Assembly: GCA_005222975.1 (NCBI GenBank) | Contig: NJBI01000008.1 | Location: 1-64,000, forward strand | Direction: 5' to 3' | DNA: 64,000 nt | Source: Promethearchaeota archaeon Loki_b31 | Lineage (GTDB): Archaea; Asgardarchaeota; Lokiarchaeia; Sigyniarchaeales; SOKP01 | Shown: piece after piece, positions 41,675 to 52,700 of the stretch | How positions within the stretch are numbered: position 1 is the stretch's first letter | Layout of the letters: each line of letters starts with the position of its first letter | Program-made: the position numbers and the translations under genes | Notes under the pieces: model-generated | What the model saw: the letters and a program-made list of their open reading frames with translations, nothing else | What the model was told of the DNA's origin: nothing | Database searches by the model: none

Positions 41675-42774
41675 ACCGTCAATGAGAGCGTTTTAGGGGC
41701 AATCATTTCGATGTTTTTCATAACATGCACATATGAGGATAAGATTATTAAATTTTCGTTATTACCTTTTAATTTTACATTTTCTTGGATATTACAATTA
41801 TCAGCAATGATAGCTTTTTCGATTTGAACATTACTTGAGATATGTGTCTTGTTATAGATTAGACATTCCTTAAGTTCGGAATGCTTATTAATAACTACAT
41901 TATCGCCAATTATTACATTCGGACCAACTTTACAATTCTCTCGAATTACAACGTTTTCACCAATTGTACAAGGAGGATAAATTTTTACGCTTGTGTGGAT
42001 GTCTGTAGAAGGTTCTATTAAATTTCTTACATTTCCTTTCTGATTTTTTATTAAGTCGTTCATTAATAGAACATTTCCTTGCAATAAATCGTAGGGTTTA
42101 CCAACATCGCTCCATATTCCACTAATAGGGTAATGATAGAGCATATTTTTATCGGCAACTTTAGGAAATACATCCCTTTCAATAGAAACTTTTTTGTTTG
42201 GTTCGATAAAGGAAAATATTTCAGGTTCTAGGATATACACGCCAGCGTTAATAGGCATAGGAACATATTTGCCGTCTGGAGGAGCGTATTCGTCCTTTTC
42301 AAGAAATTTTAATAGTTGATGCGTTTCATTATTTACTATCAATACACCATATCTTAAGGGATCCTCTACGGTTTTACCGGCTACTGTTCCAATACCTTTA
42401 CACTTTTCGTGAAATTTAAGCATGTCGCTAAAACTATAATTCAAAATTACATCTCCATTTAACATGAAAAAGTTATCGTTTTCGAGGTAAGATTCTGCTA
42501 ATTTAATTGCTCCCGCAGTTCCCATTGGATGTTTTTCGTCTGTATAATGGATTTTTATTCCTAACATTCTACCTTCCTTGAAATAGCTTTTAACAATATC
42601 ATCCATCACACTAACGGCTAAAACTACTTCTTTAACTCCAGCTGCTTTTAATAAGAGTATCTGTCGCTCCATAACTGGTTTATTCACGATTGGAATTAAT
42701 GTTTTGGGTATAGTACATGTTAGTGGTCTTAATCGCGTTCCCCAACCGCCCGATAAAATTATTGCTTTCGTCAT
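41638..42774 (-). CDS. NDP-sugar pyrophosphorylase (mannose-1-phosphate guanylyltransferase-like)
   Basis: ILSGGWGTRLRPLT..PK, GTAGAI, NGD, hexapeptide-repeat C-terminus. Confidence 0.9.
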   Translation of the reverse strand: MTKAIILSGGWGTRLRPLTCTIPKTLIPIVNKPVMERQILLLKAAGVKEVVLAVSVMDDIVKSYFKEGRMLGIKIHYTDEKHPMGTAGAIKLAESYLENDNFFMLNGDVILNYSFSDMLKFHEKCKGIGTVAGKTVEDPLRYGVLIVNNETHQLLKFLEKDEYAPPDGKYVPMPINAGVYILEPEIFSFIEPNKKVSIERDVFPKVADKNMLYHYPISGIWSDVGKPYDLLQGNVLLMNDLIKNQKGNVRNLIEPSTDIHTSVKIYPPCTIGENVVIRENCKVGPNVIIGDNVVINKHSELKECLIYNKTHISSNVQIEKAIIADNCNIQENVKLKGNNENLIILSSYVHVMKNIEMIAPKTLSLTVCHHEVVKESIK

Positions 42775-42828
42775 TTTTTTTAATATAAAGTTTTAATAGG
42801 ATGTATAAAATAATAAAAAAGCTCTTTT

Positions 42829-44118
42829 TTAAAAACTATTTTGGTAATTAATATTTTCATCCAATTCAAATTCATACACTTTATCGTAATCATTATTTCT
42901 AATATTTGAAAAAATCCAAACAAATATTATAAAAATAAAATTTAACACAGCACATATAATAAAAAGGGTAGTAATACCAATCAGTTCTGCTATCGGTCCT
43001 GATATTAGCATTGCTATTGGAGAAACTAAAGTAACTATAGTTATCACATTAGACATAACTCGTCCTTGTTTATCTGGAGGTATGACGGTTTGTAGAATCG
43101 TTAAAAACATGGTGTTAACAAAAGGAACAATAAACGCAAACATAAAGCCACCAATACTAATCATAAGAAAATTTTGTGGAGGTGCCAAGGCTAATATTAA
43201 ATGTCCGATCTCGCCGATTAGGATTCCGGCAAAGATAATTAAGGGTTTTTTATTCCAAACCTTTTTAATAACTACAATTATTGCTCCAACAAACATCCCA
43301 GCTTGAATTGATGCTAGAACAATAGCTAGATTTGCCACAGATCCAGAATGAGTCCCACTTATATAAGGTATCATTAAAGTGCTAAAAGGGTTTCCTAAAA
43401 AATTTAAAATAGTTGCTACAAAGAGCAATGTTAGGAGCCCCGGAACAACTTTTATAGCTTTAAACCCTACTTTGAATTCTCTAAAATATGATCTTTTATG
43501 CTTAGGAAGAAATTTCTTTAGTATAGGGGGTATTTTTATTAATAATAGAGGGGTTATAGCAATCAAAAAAGTAAGAACATCAACCCATAAAATCATATCA
43601 ATTGGAAATAATATTAACAAAATGCCAGCAATAATTGGGCCCATTGTATTAACTAATCCGGTAAAAAAGTAATTAATACCATTCATTCTGCTTAAATGTT
43701 TCTTTGGTATCATTAAGGGAATTATTGCGTTTACAACTGGCCAATGAAATGCTTGAAATACCCCTCTAATACTATTAATCAAAATTATTAACCATACTTG
43801 CTGAATATTAAAAAAAAATAATAAAACTAAGCTAAAAGTTGTAAGTGCTTGACAAAAATCAGAAAGCCCGATTAAAAGTTTTCGATTCCATCTGTCGGCA
43901 AATACGCCAGCGAGAGGTCCAAGAATAAATATTGGTAGAAAAGAGAAAAAAGAGGCTAGTGATACCATTGTCAAGCTTCCAGTTTCAAAAAAAATCCAAT
44001 AAATTAGTACTATTTGAACTATAGATGACCCTAACAACGAAAATAATTGACCTGACCAAAAAAATATATAGCTTCTAAAAGTCTGTACCGTAGCAGTGGA
44101 TTCCATCTTTCCCAACAT
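42829..44118 (-). CDS. MFS transporter (MefA/DHA3-like)
   Basis: GQLFSLLGS, GVFADRWNRK, 12 TM. Confidence 0.9.
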   Translation of the reverse strand: MLGKMESTATVQTFRSYIFFWSGQLFSLLGSSIVQIVLIYWIFFETGSLTMVSLASFFSFLPIFILGPLAGVFADRWNRKLLIGLSDFCQALTTFSLVLLFFFNIQQVWLIILINSIRGVFQAFHWPVVNAIIPLMIPKKHLSRMNGINYFFTGLVNTMGPIIAGILLILFPIDMILWVDVLTFLIAITPLLLIKIPPILKKFLPKHKRSYFREFKVGFKAIKVVPGLLTLLFVATILNFLGNPFSTLMIPYISGTHSGSVANLAIVLASIQAGMFVGAIIVVIKKVWNKKPLIIFAGILIGEIGHLILALAPPQNFLMISIGGFMFAFIVPFVNTMFLTILQTVIPPDKQGRVMSNVITIVTLVSPIAMLISGPIAELIGITTLFIICAVLNFIFIIFVWIFSNIRNNDYDKVYEFELDENINYQNSF

Positions 44119-44171
44119 TTGAATTAAATTTTAAATTAAATAATTAGTAATTTTTCTTAGTCTTAATATTG

Positions 44172-45290
44172 TTATATGTCGTTGGTTATTTTCTGTGAAT
44201 ATAAAAACTTACCTGGTTCAATTCCTTTTTTTTCTGCCATCTTGTAAAATAGTAATTGAAGAATTATTATTTCCATTATCGGTGCTAAATGAGGATCCTT
44301 TATTTTATGCTTATAAGTTATAATCTTAGGATCGTCGTGTATCTTCTTTGCTTTCTCGTCAAATTCTTGATTTGTAATGTGCAGAATTTTTCCACAAGCC
44401 CATTCGTTAGTCAATTTATCTATGAATTGAATGTTGAATTCGAAATTCCCTTTATCGGATGAAAGAATTATAAGTTTAGTACTCTCTTTTAAGCATTCAA
44501 TACCACCATGTCTAAAAGTTGATATAGAACTTGCTTCCGAGTAAGATTTGACGATTTCCTTAAAATTTAATGCCGCTTGATGCGCAGAAGTTAGTGAAGG
44601 ACCTCTTGAGAGAATTTCTAGAAAATCAATATCGTGTCCAAATGAAGATAGAAGCTCCTTCCATATCTTATTAATCTGTTTCTGATCTTGTAAAATTCTT
44701 CGAACTTCCCCTAAGAAGGCTTCTACATTTTGAATTTCGGTTTCATTTGTAAAGAATTCGCCTATAATTGTTTTTGCCATAACATACAGCAATAGCAGCG
44801 TACAAACATAACTTTTCGTAGTAACTGAAACCTCTTCGTCAAAATTCATATAAACTTGTAATTCTGTCATGTAAGCTAAATAACTATCAGGATTATTCGT
44901 GATACCAATTGTTAACGGCTTATCATTAAGATCTATTGCATTTATTTTCCTTAATAGCTCTCTAATTTCTCCAGATTTGCCAGATTGTGAAATAATTATA
45001 ATTCCTGTGTCTTTAAAACAATTCTGTTTAATGTTAGGAAAGGTATTAAACAAGAACTCTCCTGCTTCTCGAATTTCAACAGCGATTCCATACTGGTTTA
45101 AAATATAATAAGGTAAGTATGAGCTGACGAAACTAGAACCCATTCCTGTAAAAATAAGTTTGGTAATACCACCTCTCTTAATAAAATCTCTTATTTTTAA
45201 AAATTGAGGTTTACCTTCTCCTACAATGTAGCTAAACGTGTCTTTAAGAGCATCTGGTTGAGATTTTAACTCTTCTAAAAAATCATTCAT
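44172..45290 (-). CDS. Double SIS-domain sugar-phosphate isomerase/deaminase (GlmS C-terminal-like)
   Basis: ELKSQP, GMGSS, ISQSG.S.E, TKSY, ALNFKE, FRHG. Confidence 0.88.
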   Translation of the reverse strand: MNDFLEELKSQPDALKDTFSYIVGEGKPQFLKIRDFIKRGGITKLIFTGMGSSFVSSYLPYYILNQYGIAVEIREAGEFLFNTFPNIKQNCFKDTGIIIISQSGKSGEIRELLRKINAIDLNDKPLTIGITNNPDSYLAYMTELQVYMNFDEEVSVTTKSYVCTLLLLYVMAKTIIGEFFTNETEIQNVEAFLGEVRRILQDQKQINKIWKELLSSFGHDIDFLEILSRGPSLTSAHQAALNFKEIVKSYSEASSISTFRHGGIECLKESTKLIILSSDKGNFEFNIQFIDKLTNEWACGKILHITNQEFDEKAKKIHDDPKIITYKHKIKDPHLAPIMEIIILQLLFYKMAEKKGIEPGKFLYSQKITNDI

Positions 45291-45403
45291 ATATAATCCC
45301 CTAAAAAAGCATTCATAATTAATTATAATTAATTATAATAAAAAATATAAGATAAAATTAATTTAAACAATTCAGAATTAAATTATTATTGTTGTGATAT
45401 TTT

Positions 45404-45775
45404 TTGCCTTGTATACACGGTCTTGATATTATCAATTGCCCAATTTGCCGAATGACGAAATCTACAGTTCCTCGAAACCCAATTAACATTAAGGCGGCAA
45501 AAATCGAAAATTTAAGACCAGAAAATCCGTTTTTTAAAAATTATATTAACAATAAAAATAGAACTGAAGAATATTTAGTTAAAAGTAATAAATTATTACA
45601 ACCGAATTTGATAAACCGATTACCAACGCCAAACCTCATTAATCAAATTCCTAATTTTGAAAGTAAGGATTTAATTAATAAGTTAAACGAGTTAGATATT
45701 GATAGATGGGACAATTACGGAATTTCTAAAAAGGTTTCTCTTGAAAAACCTGAATTGAAACTTGATTCTGATTAG
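45404..45775 (+). CDS. Hypothetical protein with N-terminal CxHG...CxxC motif
   Basis: PCIHGLDIINCPIC. Confidence 0.6.
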   Translation: MPCIHGLDIINCPICRMTKSTVPRNPINIKAAKIENLRPENPFFKNYINNKNRTEEYLVKSNKLLQPNLINRLPTPNLINQIPNFESKDLINKLNELDIDRWDNYGISKKVSLEKPELKLDSD

Positions 45776-45893
45776 ACTTATTTTTAAAATTCATTTTAAC
45801 ATAAGAATTTAACATAAGAATTTTAAAACTAATATATACGTATTTATATTATTAATTTCTTAAGAAACTCAAAACTCAATAATGAAGTGTTGA

Positions 45894-47618
45894 ATGATGG
45901 AAATTAACGAAGATTTGAAAAATAGTACGCAAGTTGCCTATATCAGCATGGAGATTGGAATTGATTCGAACATTCCAACTTATAGCGGTGGTTTAGGGGT
46001 TTTATCTGGAGATACTGTAAGAGCCGCGGCAGATTTAGAGCTCCCTATGGTTGGATTATGCTTATGTTATAGTTCAGGCTATTTCTATCAATTTTTTAAC
46101 GAATTTGGTGAACAGAAAGAACGCGAGATCGAGTGGAACTTTTTCTACGAATTTGAAAAAGTTGAAAAACCAATTAAAATAAAAATAGAAAATAAAGAAG
46201 TGTTAGTTTCTGCATGGCTTTATCGCGTTATAGGCCAATCAGGGCATATTCTACCAATTTATTTGTTAACTACTGACATTGAGGGAAACGAAGATTGGAT
46301 GAAAAAAATGACAGGTTCTCTCTATGATTCCACATCTCGATGGAACAGAATCGTGCAGGAAATGATACTAGGCATTGGTGGCTTAAAACTCTTAAATTCC
46401 TTGGGTTTTAATAACATTAAAACATACCATCTAAACGAAGGTCACGGTTCTTTCTCAATAGTAGAACTTTACAATATGTTAAAAGGCGATCTTGATAAGG
46501 TTAGAGAGAAGGTCGTGTTTACTACTCACACACCAGTTCCGGCAGGTCACGATCGATTTAATAAAGATTTAGTTAATAAGGTATTTGAAGATAGAATGCC
46601 TTCTCAAATTCGAAAAATTGCTGACGATAAAGGTCAATTTAATATGACATTCCTAGGAATGGGGCTTTCTAGATATAGAAATGGAGTTGCCAAAAAACAC
46701 GGCCAAATTTCACAGAAAATGTTTCCTCAATACGAAGTTGATTCAATTACTAATGGTATACATTTACCTTTTTGGGTTAGCCAGCCATTTCAACGGATAT
46801 TTGACAAAAAATGGCCAAACTGGAAGGCAAAACCTTCGATACTTCAAAACGCAATTGAATTAGACGATTTAGATATTTTTGATGCTCACATTGAAAATAA
46901 ATTCAATCTAATTAGTTATCAGAAAGGTCATAGTTGGAACTTACTGGATGAAGAATTAATTACAATTGGTTTCGCTAGAAGATTTGCTACGTACAAAAGG
47001 GCTACTTTAATCTTCCACGATATCGACAGGTTAGGTAAAATCTGCCAAGATAAGATTCAATTCATTTTTGCAGGAAAAGCTCACCCTAAGGACACAATGG
47101 GAAAGGATTATATCAAAAAAATCCACGAATCTAGCGAATATGTTTACGACAATTATGGTGTTAAAATTGTAATGATGGAAAATTATAATATGGATTTAGC
47201 TCATATGATGGTATCTGGGTGTGATGTTTGGCTCAATACGCCCAATAGATATCGCGAAGCAAGTGGTACAAGTGGCATGAAAGCCGCATTGAATGGCGTT
47301 TTAAACTTTAGCGTTCAAGATGGTTGGTGGTTGGAAGGATTTCGCATGAACTCTATGGCAGGATGGGCAATTGGCCCTAACGATTCAAATCCCGACGATC
47401 CAGGTGTCTCAAATAGTTGGGAGATTGATTCAAACGCATTATATGAAACGCTAGAAAACGAAATTATACCCACTTATTTGAACCATGACGAGTGGTTATT
47501 CAAAAGTAAAAACGCTATTTCTCTCGCAGCTTTCTTTAACACTAATAGGATGATGAAAGACTATGCTAAAAAAGCTTACAAACTTAAAAAACAAAAACCT
47601 TGGAAATTTATGAGTTAA
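45894..47618 (+). CDS. glgP: Alpha-glucan phosphorylase
   Basis: YSGGLGVLSGD, HLNEGH, FTTHTP, FARRFATYKR, EASGTSGMKA. Confidence 0.95.
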   Translation: MMEINEDLKNSTQVAYISMEIGIDSNIPTYSGGLGVLSGDTVRAAADLELPMVGLCLCYSSGYFYQFFNEFGEQKEREIEWNFFYEFEKVEKPIKIKIENKEVLVSAWLYRVIGQSGHILPIYLLTTDIEGNEDWMKKMTGSLYDSTSRWNRIVQEMILGIGGLKLLNSLGFNNIKTYHLNEGHGSFSIVELYNMLKGDLDKVREKVVFTTHTPVPAGHDRFNKDLVNKVFEDRMPSQIRKIADDKGQFNMTFLGMGLSRYRNGVAKKHGQISQKMFPQYEVDSITNGIHLPFWVSQPFQRIFDKKWPNWKAKPSILQNAIELDDLDIFDAHIENKFNLISYQKGHSWNLLDEELITIGFARRFATYKRATLIFHDIDRLGKICQDKIQFIFAGKAHPKDTMGKDYIKKIHESSEYVYDNYGVKIVMMENYNMDLAHMMVSGCDVWLNTPNRYREASGTSGMKAALNGVLNFSVQDGWWLEGFRMNSMAGWAIGPNDSNPDDPGVSNSWEIDSNALYETLENEIIPTYLNHDEWLFKSKNAISLAAFFNTNRMMKDYAKKAYKLKKQKPWKFMS

Positions 47619-47683
47619 AAATTTCTTTTTTTTTCTAATGTCTGAGAGAGCTTAACAAATTTTAAGATAAAAAAGAGATTAGG

Positions 47684-48202
47684 TTATTTAATACAATTTA
47701 AGAGTTTAAACGGTCTAATTTTTAAATAGTCATCAAAATTCTTTTGTTCGAAATAAATTTCAAATGTTTGAGAAAAAATTTCTTCCATTGTATCTACGCC
47801 AAATGATAACCCTTCCATATCCTTTGCTAACAAAAGCATTGATTCCGAGTTGGATTCAAGAAAGAAGCATCCTGGACTGAGTTCGAGATTTTTATGCGGT
47901 TCAATAATTAGATCGGCTTTTCTTATAATTTGATTTGTAGTAAAAATAACTAGTAGAAAGTTTTCTGAATACTCTTCTTTTAAATAAGAATCCCTTATTC
48001 CCGAAGCTTGGAGCGCGATTTTAGCAAAATCTTTAAAAAAGTTTTGAAGTCGAGTTAATTCTTTCCTGAATTTAATTTTATTATGAAAAAAGCTGAAATC
48101 TTTGCTTAATTTTAAGGGTTCACCGTCAATGTATGTAATTTCTTTTGGTTTTGACTTAAAGACATATTTTTTAATATTTTTTGACATGATAAGTTTTTTC
48201 AC
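47684..48202 (-). CDS. Stand-alone GH20 domain-2-like protein
   Basis: KPKEI start and LLAKDMEGLSFGVDTMEEI resemble the hexosaminidase N-terminal domain. Confidence 0.5.
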   Translation of the reverse strand: MKKLIMSKNIKKYVFKSKPKEITYIDGEPLKLSKDFSFFHNKIKFRKELTRLQNFFKDFAKIALQASGIRDSYLKEEYSENFLLVIFTTNQIIRKADLIIEPHKNLELSPGCFFLESNSESMLLLAKDMEGLSFGVDTMEEIFSQTFEIYFEQKNFDDYLKIRPFKLLNCIK

Positions 48203-48422
48203 ATTTTAGTTTTTTTATAACTGTCTTAAAGTTAACGCTTATATTTGTTTATATTTATATAATTCTCATATCTGGTTGTGACACTTCAGCAAAATCTTAA
48301 AGTTAAGGAAATTCAAAAGCATAAAAAGCAGATGACGCTTCAGTAAATTGGCATATGCACGATATTTATATAATATAATTATTACTTTATTAATAGAAGT
48401 ATTAATGTGAATCCTTAATTTC

Positions 48423-49685
48423 ATGAAAGAATTTAAAATTAATAAGTTCTTAAAACTGCGGTTAGAGAACGATAAAACAAACATTTACGTAAAAGATCAA
48501 TTGTTTAGACAATGTAAATTTTTAATGATTAATATTGAACCTAATAACGCGTCTAATTTTGACGAAGTAACTTCTATAGACGAAGCAGAAAAAATATTAG
48601 ATAAATCGTTAGAAGAAAAAGAACTAGAAGAATTTGATATACGACCTGAGGAGGAGTTTTGGGCACATTGTTCAAACTTGGACGCGTGGGCAAAGCATCA
48701 ATACGATACTCGATTATTGCATAGAACTCTGGCATTTCCTATTTTAAGGGCTTTAACTGAAGCGGGAGATCAAGTAGCAAAAGCAGTATTTAAAGAAGAA
48801 ATTATAAAGAGATTCGAAAGCGGTCATCCAAATGTTGTTCGCTACCTAATTAGAGGAGGCTACATAAGAAAATATGCCAAAAAAGAACTGTTAGAAGCGT
48901 TTTTGGAAAGCAAGGAAGTCTCTATTCTAAAAAAGCTTCAGACTTTTTCTAAAACGGATATGGAAATCGCGGAAGAGATCGATATATTCTATGAGGAATC
49001 ACATTATACCGTAAAATTTGATAAAAATAAACTTAGTGGATTGGAGCTAAGAAGTCTTAACTTAAAGCAATTCCCAATAGAAATAACGGGATTAGTTTCT
49101 CTTAAAAAACTTTTCTTAGATTATAACGCGATACGATCATTACCAGGTGAAATCTGGCAATTAAAGAATCTACGAGAACTGAGTTTAGCAAGTAATTTAC
49201 TAGAAACGCTTCCTTCAGAGATTAGTTCGCTAAAATCTCTTGAATCTCTTTCTGTGAATCTTAATAAATTTAAAGTTTTTCCGGAGGCTTTAACGGAATT
49301 AAAGAATCTTAAATATTTAGGTTTAGCAATGAATCAAATCTGTGATATTCCTGAATCAATTGAAAACCTAAGAGATTTGAGAATTTTAGTTTTAAATCGT
49401 AACCGTATTTGCAGATTACCTGAGACTTTGGGAAATCTAAAATCTCTGGAGCTTTTACACTTGGGCAACAATAAAATAGATTTTATTCCCGAATCACTTG
49501 GTAAATTAAATTCTTTAAAAGAACTTGAAGTTCAATCTAATTATTTAACCATTCTTCCGGAATTTTTATTTAAGCTTAAGAATCTAAAAAGGCTTTATAT
49601 ATCAGACAATAATATTAATCATTTCCCAAACCTAAAAAAAAAGATTAATTCTTTAGAAGTGTTTAGTTACGACGAAAAAAAATGA
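48423..49685 (+). CDS. Leucine-rich-repeat protein with Lokiarchaeia-type N-terminal domain
   Basis: FWAHCSNL.AW...YDTRLLH N-terminal domain; about eight 23-aa LRRs. Confidence 0.88.
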   Translation: MKEFKINKFLKLRLENDKTNIYVKDQLFRQCKFLMINIEPNNASNFDEVTSIDEAEKILDKSLEEKELEEFDIRPEEEFWAHCSNLDAWAKHQYDTRLLHRTLAFPILRALTEAGDQVAKAVFKEEIIKRFESGHPNVVRYLIRGGYIRKYAKKELLEAFLESKEVSILKKLQTFSKTDMEIAEEIDIFYEESHYTVKFDKNKLSGLELRSLNLKQFPIEITGLVSLKKLFLDYNAIRSLPGEIWQLKNLRELSLASNLLETLPSEISSLKSLESLSVNLNKFKVFPEALTELKNLKYLGLAMNQICDIPESIENLRDLRILVLNRNRICRLPETLGNLKSLELLHLGNNKIDFIPESLGKLNSLKELEVQSNYLTILPEFLFKLKNLKRLYISDNNINHFPNLKKKINSLEVFSYDEKK

Positions 49686-49703
49686 ATTATTAAGTTGTTC
49701 TAA

Positions 49704-52700
49704 TTACCACCAAGTTTTATAACTCTTTGGGAACATATAATCTGTTGGAATTAGTAAAAATTCTCTTCTTCTAACCCACTGTTTGATTAGGCCGAGATCA
49801 ATCTCAATCCCGCTTTCAAAACTAGCGATCTTTACTGGCATAAACATAGCCGAACCTATACCAGAGGAAAAGATTTCGTCGGGACCGTAAAATCTGTTAC
49901 GATCAAACGCGCCAATCATTTTATCGTATTCATAAATAGGTTTGCCGCCTAGATCGTCTTTAGCAATAACGAATAAGAAATCCTTTGAATAAGGACTTTT
50001 AGCTCTGGGCATAATAACACTCATTGATAGTTTAACAATGTGTTCTAATTTATTTTGGAGGTCGCTATCTTGCAAATCGATGTCAAAACATCTAGCGTCT
50101 TTTTTATTAGTACCAGATATTGTATGCCTTTCAGATGGAACAAGCTTTTCCCATATTTCCGTCCTCAAGAGGAACTGATAACCAACAATCTGATTTGGCC
50201 TATAAAGAGGATAAATTTTTACCTTACCATTTTTTCCCACAGCGCTTTCGATTGCTTTCTTTAAAATTTGCGCCTTTTCTTTAACTATGCCGTAATTATA
50301 TCCTTGAAAATCAAAATCTTGAAATTGATAATGGACATCCTCTCCTTTAATGAAAATCCTCCAAATTTTTATGTCTTTACCAACAAAGTCGTCCTTATTG
50401 AGCCAAATTTCAACTGGTATACCGTTAAATTCGACCTTAAAGAATTTAATTTTTTTATTATACTTATCTCCAATAATAAGATCTTCAATTTGAACTCTAA
50501 GATTGTATTTTGAGCCATCTTGACAAAAAATACTCTCTCTATGATAGTTTAAAAGTTCTCTTTCGGCAGAGATTAGAAGCCTATTATAAAGGTCAATTTG
50601 CTCGTCTTTCTTTAAACTTAAAGTCTGCACTTTAGTTCTTAAAACGACCTTTAAAGCATCCAGCATTTCCAGCCCAGATTCAACGAATAATTTTATTCGC
50701 CTGTGAGTAGCCAAGCCTGCGTAGTTATTATCTTTGTAATTTTTATATAGACCTTTGAACTGTGATGCAATATCCGAGTCGAAAGATTTTGAACTAGTGG
50801 AGATAAATGAATCGTCTATAAATGAGATAGGAGAATATCCAAAACGAATAATGGCATTTTGTATATCAATCTTTCTCTCTACTGGCAAAACCATGTGCGA
50901 ATCCAAAAAGAACAACGAAAATAAATGCTTATATATGTTACTATCACTAAGAATGGGGGTGGGCTTAGTTTGCGTTGAGGTTATAATTGAAAATTGTTTG
51001 AGATACTTTGAGATATCAAACTTGCTTGGCAAGTTTAAAATATCAATCTTGTAAGATTTAGGACTTCCGTAAAAATCAATCATGTGCATGAAAAGTAGCC
51101 TTAATGTGAAATGTCCGAACAATCGAGATACAACTTCAAACGCGATCTTTCCGGCTTTTATTTCTTCGGGCGAAAAAGCTTCTTTCTTATCGGCACTGAT
51201 ATCAAAAGGGTTTTCCGAATACTTGTTGGTAAAAGATGTTTTTGCTTCTTTTATTAGTTCGCTAACTCTATCGGTTTCCGAATCTCCTTGGTAACTCGTG
51301 ACCTTCTCGAACAACATGTGGAACCATTCCTTTATCGTGAGGTCGCCTTCTTTCATAGGTCTGATTTCGCCGCTGTATTCTTTAAGGAACAAGAAGTCTA
51401 AGATGTCGTTTTTAGTGACAAATAGTTTGTTAATTACTCCTTCAACATCGCTTTTACTTCTTAACGATGACATATCAATTCTCCCGGTAGATGGGGTAAA
51501 TCTTACATTGAACAATCCTAACTTATCGGCAATGTAAGTGTTGGCGTACGATCTTTTAGTTGAAGTGCCTTCTTCTGTTGCTAAAATGTACCTTAAGTCG
51601 ATTAAGTTTAGATAAGTCTTAAAAAATGTGTCTGAAGTAATTAACTTACCCGAGACTATAGGTGTAAAAACAAGACCATCTTTGAACTTTTTCATTGACT
51701 TTCTTGTTAAAGATGGAAATAATTTCGTTATATGAGGATAAGGCTCGAGATTACCTTCAGCTCTCTGTAAAAAGGCGAGACAATGAGTTTCCGCTCCTAA
51801 TAAAATTCCTGAACTTACAGTAAAAGCAAAGTAGTAATTTGATTGGTGAGTGTTTGCATCGACTTTAATGAAGTTAGCGTACCATCCTTCAGGCCGCACG
51901 TTTATTATAATTTCGCTTCCCTCTTTGAATATGTTAACGCGGCTGTTTAAACGAACGTAGTTGGTGTCGCATAAATAAACGTTGCGAAAGACTTTTTCTT
52001 TATTCTGATCGTTTTCCATGTGCTTATATCCCTCAGAAAACCCTTGAGGTAAAATGTTTACGATCTCTGCGGGAATAACTCCAAATGTCGGTAGAGTCTT
52101 ATATTCACCGTCGACATCATTGCTACGATGGGAGACAAGAAGCGGCTTACCTTCGCTTTTATATTGGTTGAATAATTCTTGAGTTAATAGTGTAGGAGTC
52201 AATTTACCATTTACTTTAATGAAAGTGAAAGCTTGAGGTAAATCTTCGAATCTTAAAACCGTGCCTTGCTCGTCCAGGAATAGAAGGTCTATCTGCTCGC
52301 TCAACGCTAACTTATAATGTCCTAAGTTATCTGTATCTTCTTGTATTAGACTATCAATCTCATTCTCTAACCAAGTTAACGTATTTTCAAGATAATTAGA
52401 ACCTTCGAGAAGACTAAATCTATCCTCAGAATATACATTACTGGCGCTTTCCCTAAAAATATTATATAATTCTCCTTCAAATTGAGGATTTGCAAGCATA
52501 TTCTTGATATCTTGAACAATCTTGCTTTTATCATCAGAACTGGTAAGTATTGTATGAAATAATTGATTTAATTCTTGAATTGTTGAAAAAGTGTAAGTTA
52601 AATCACCTACCATCTTATGATCTGAACCTTTTCCGTAATCAAGAAACTTGTTTGCCGCTGCCATTCTTCTCATAAGACTTATTAACGTATTATCAATATC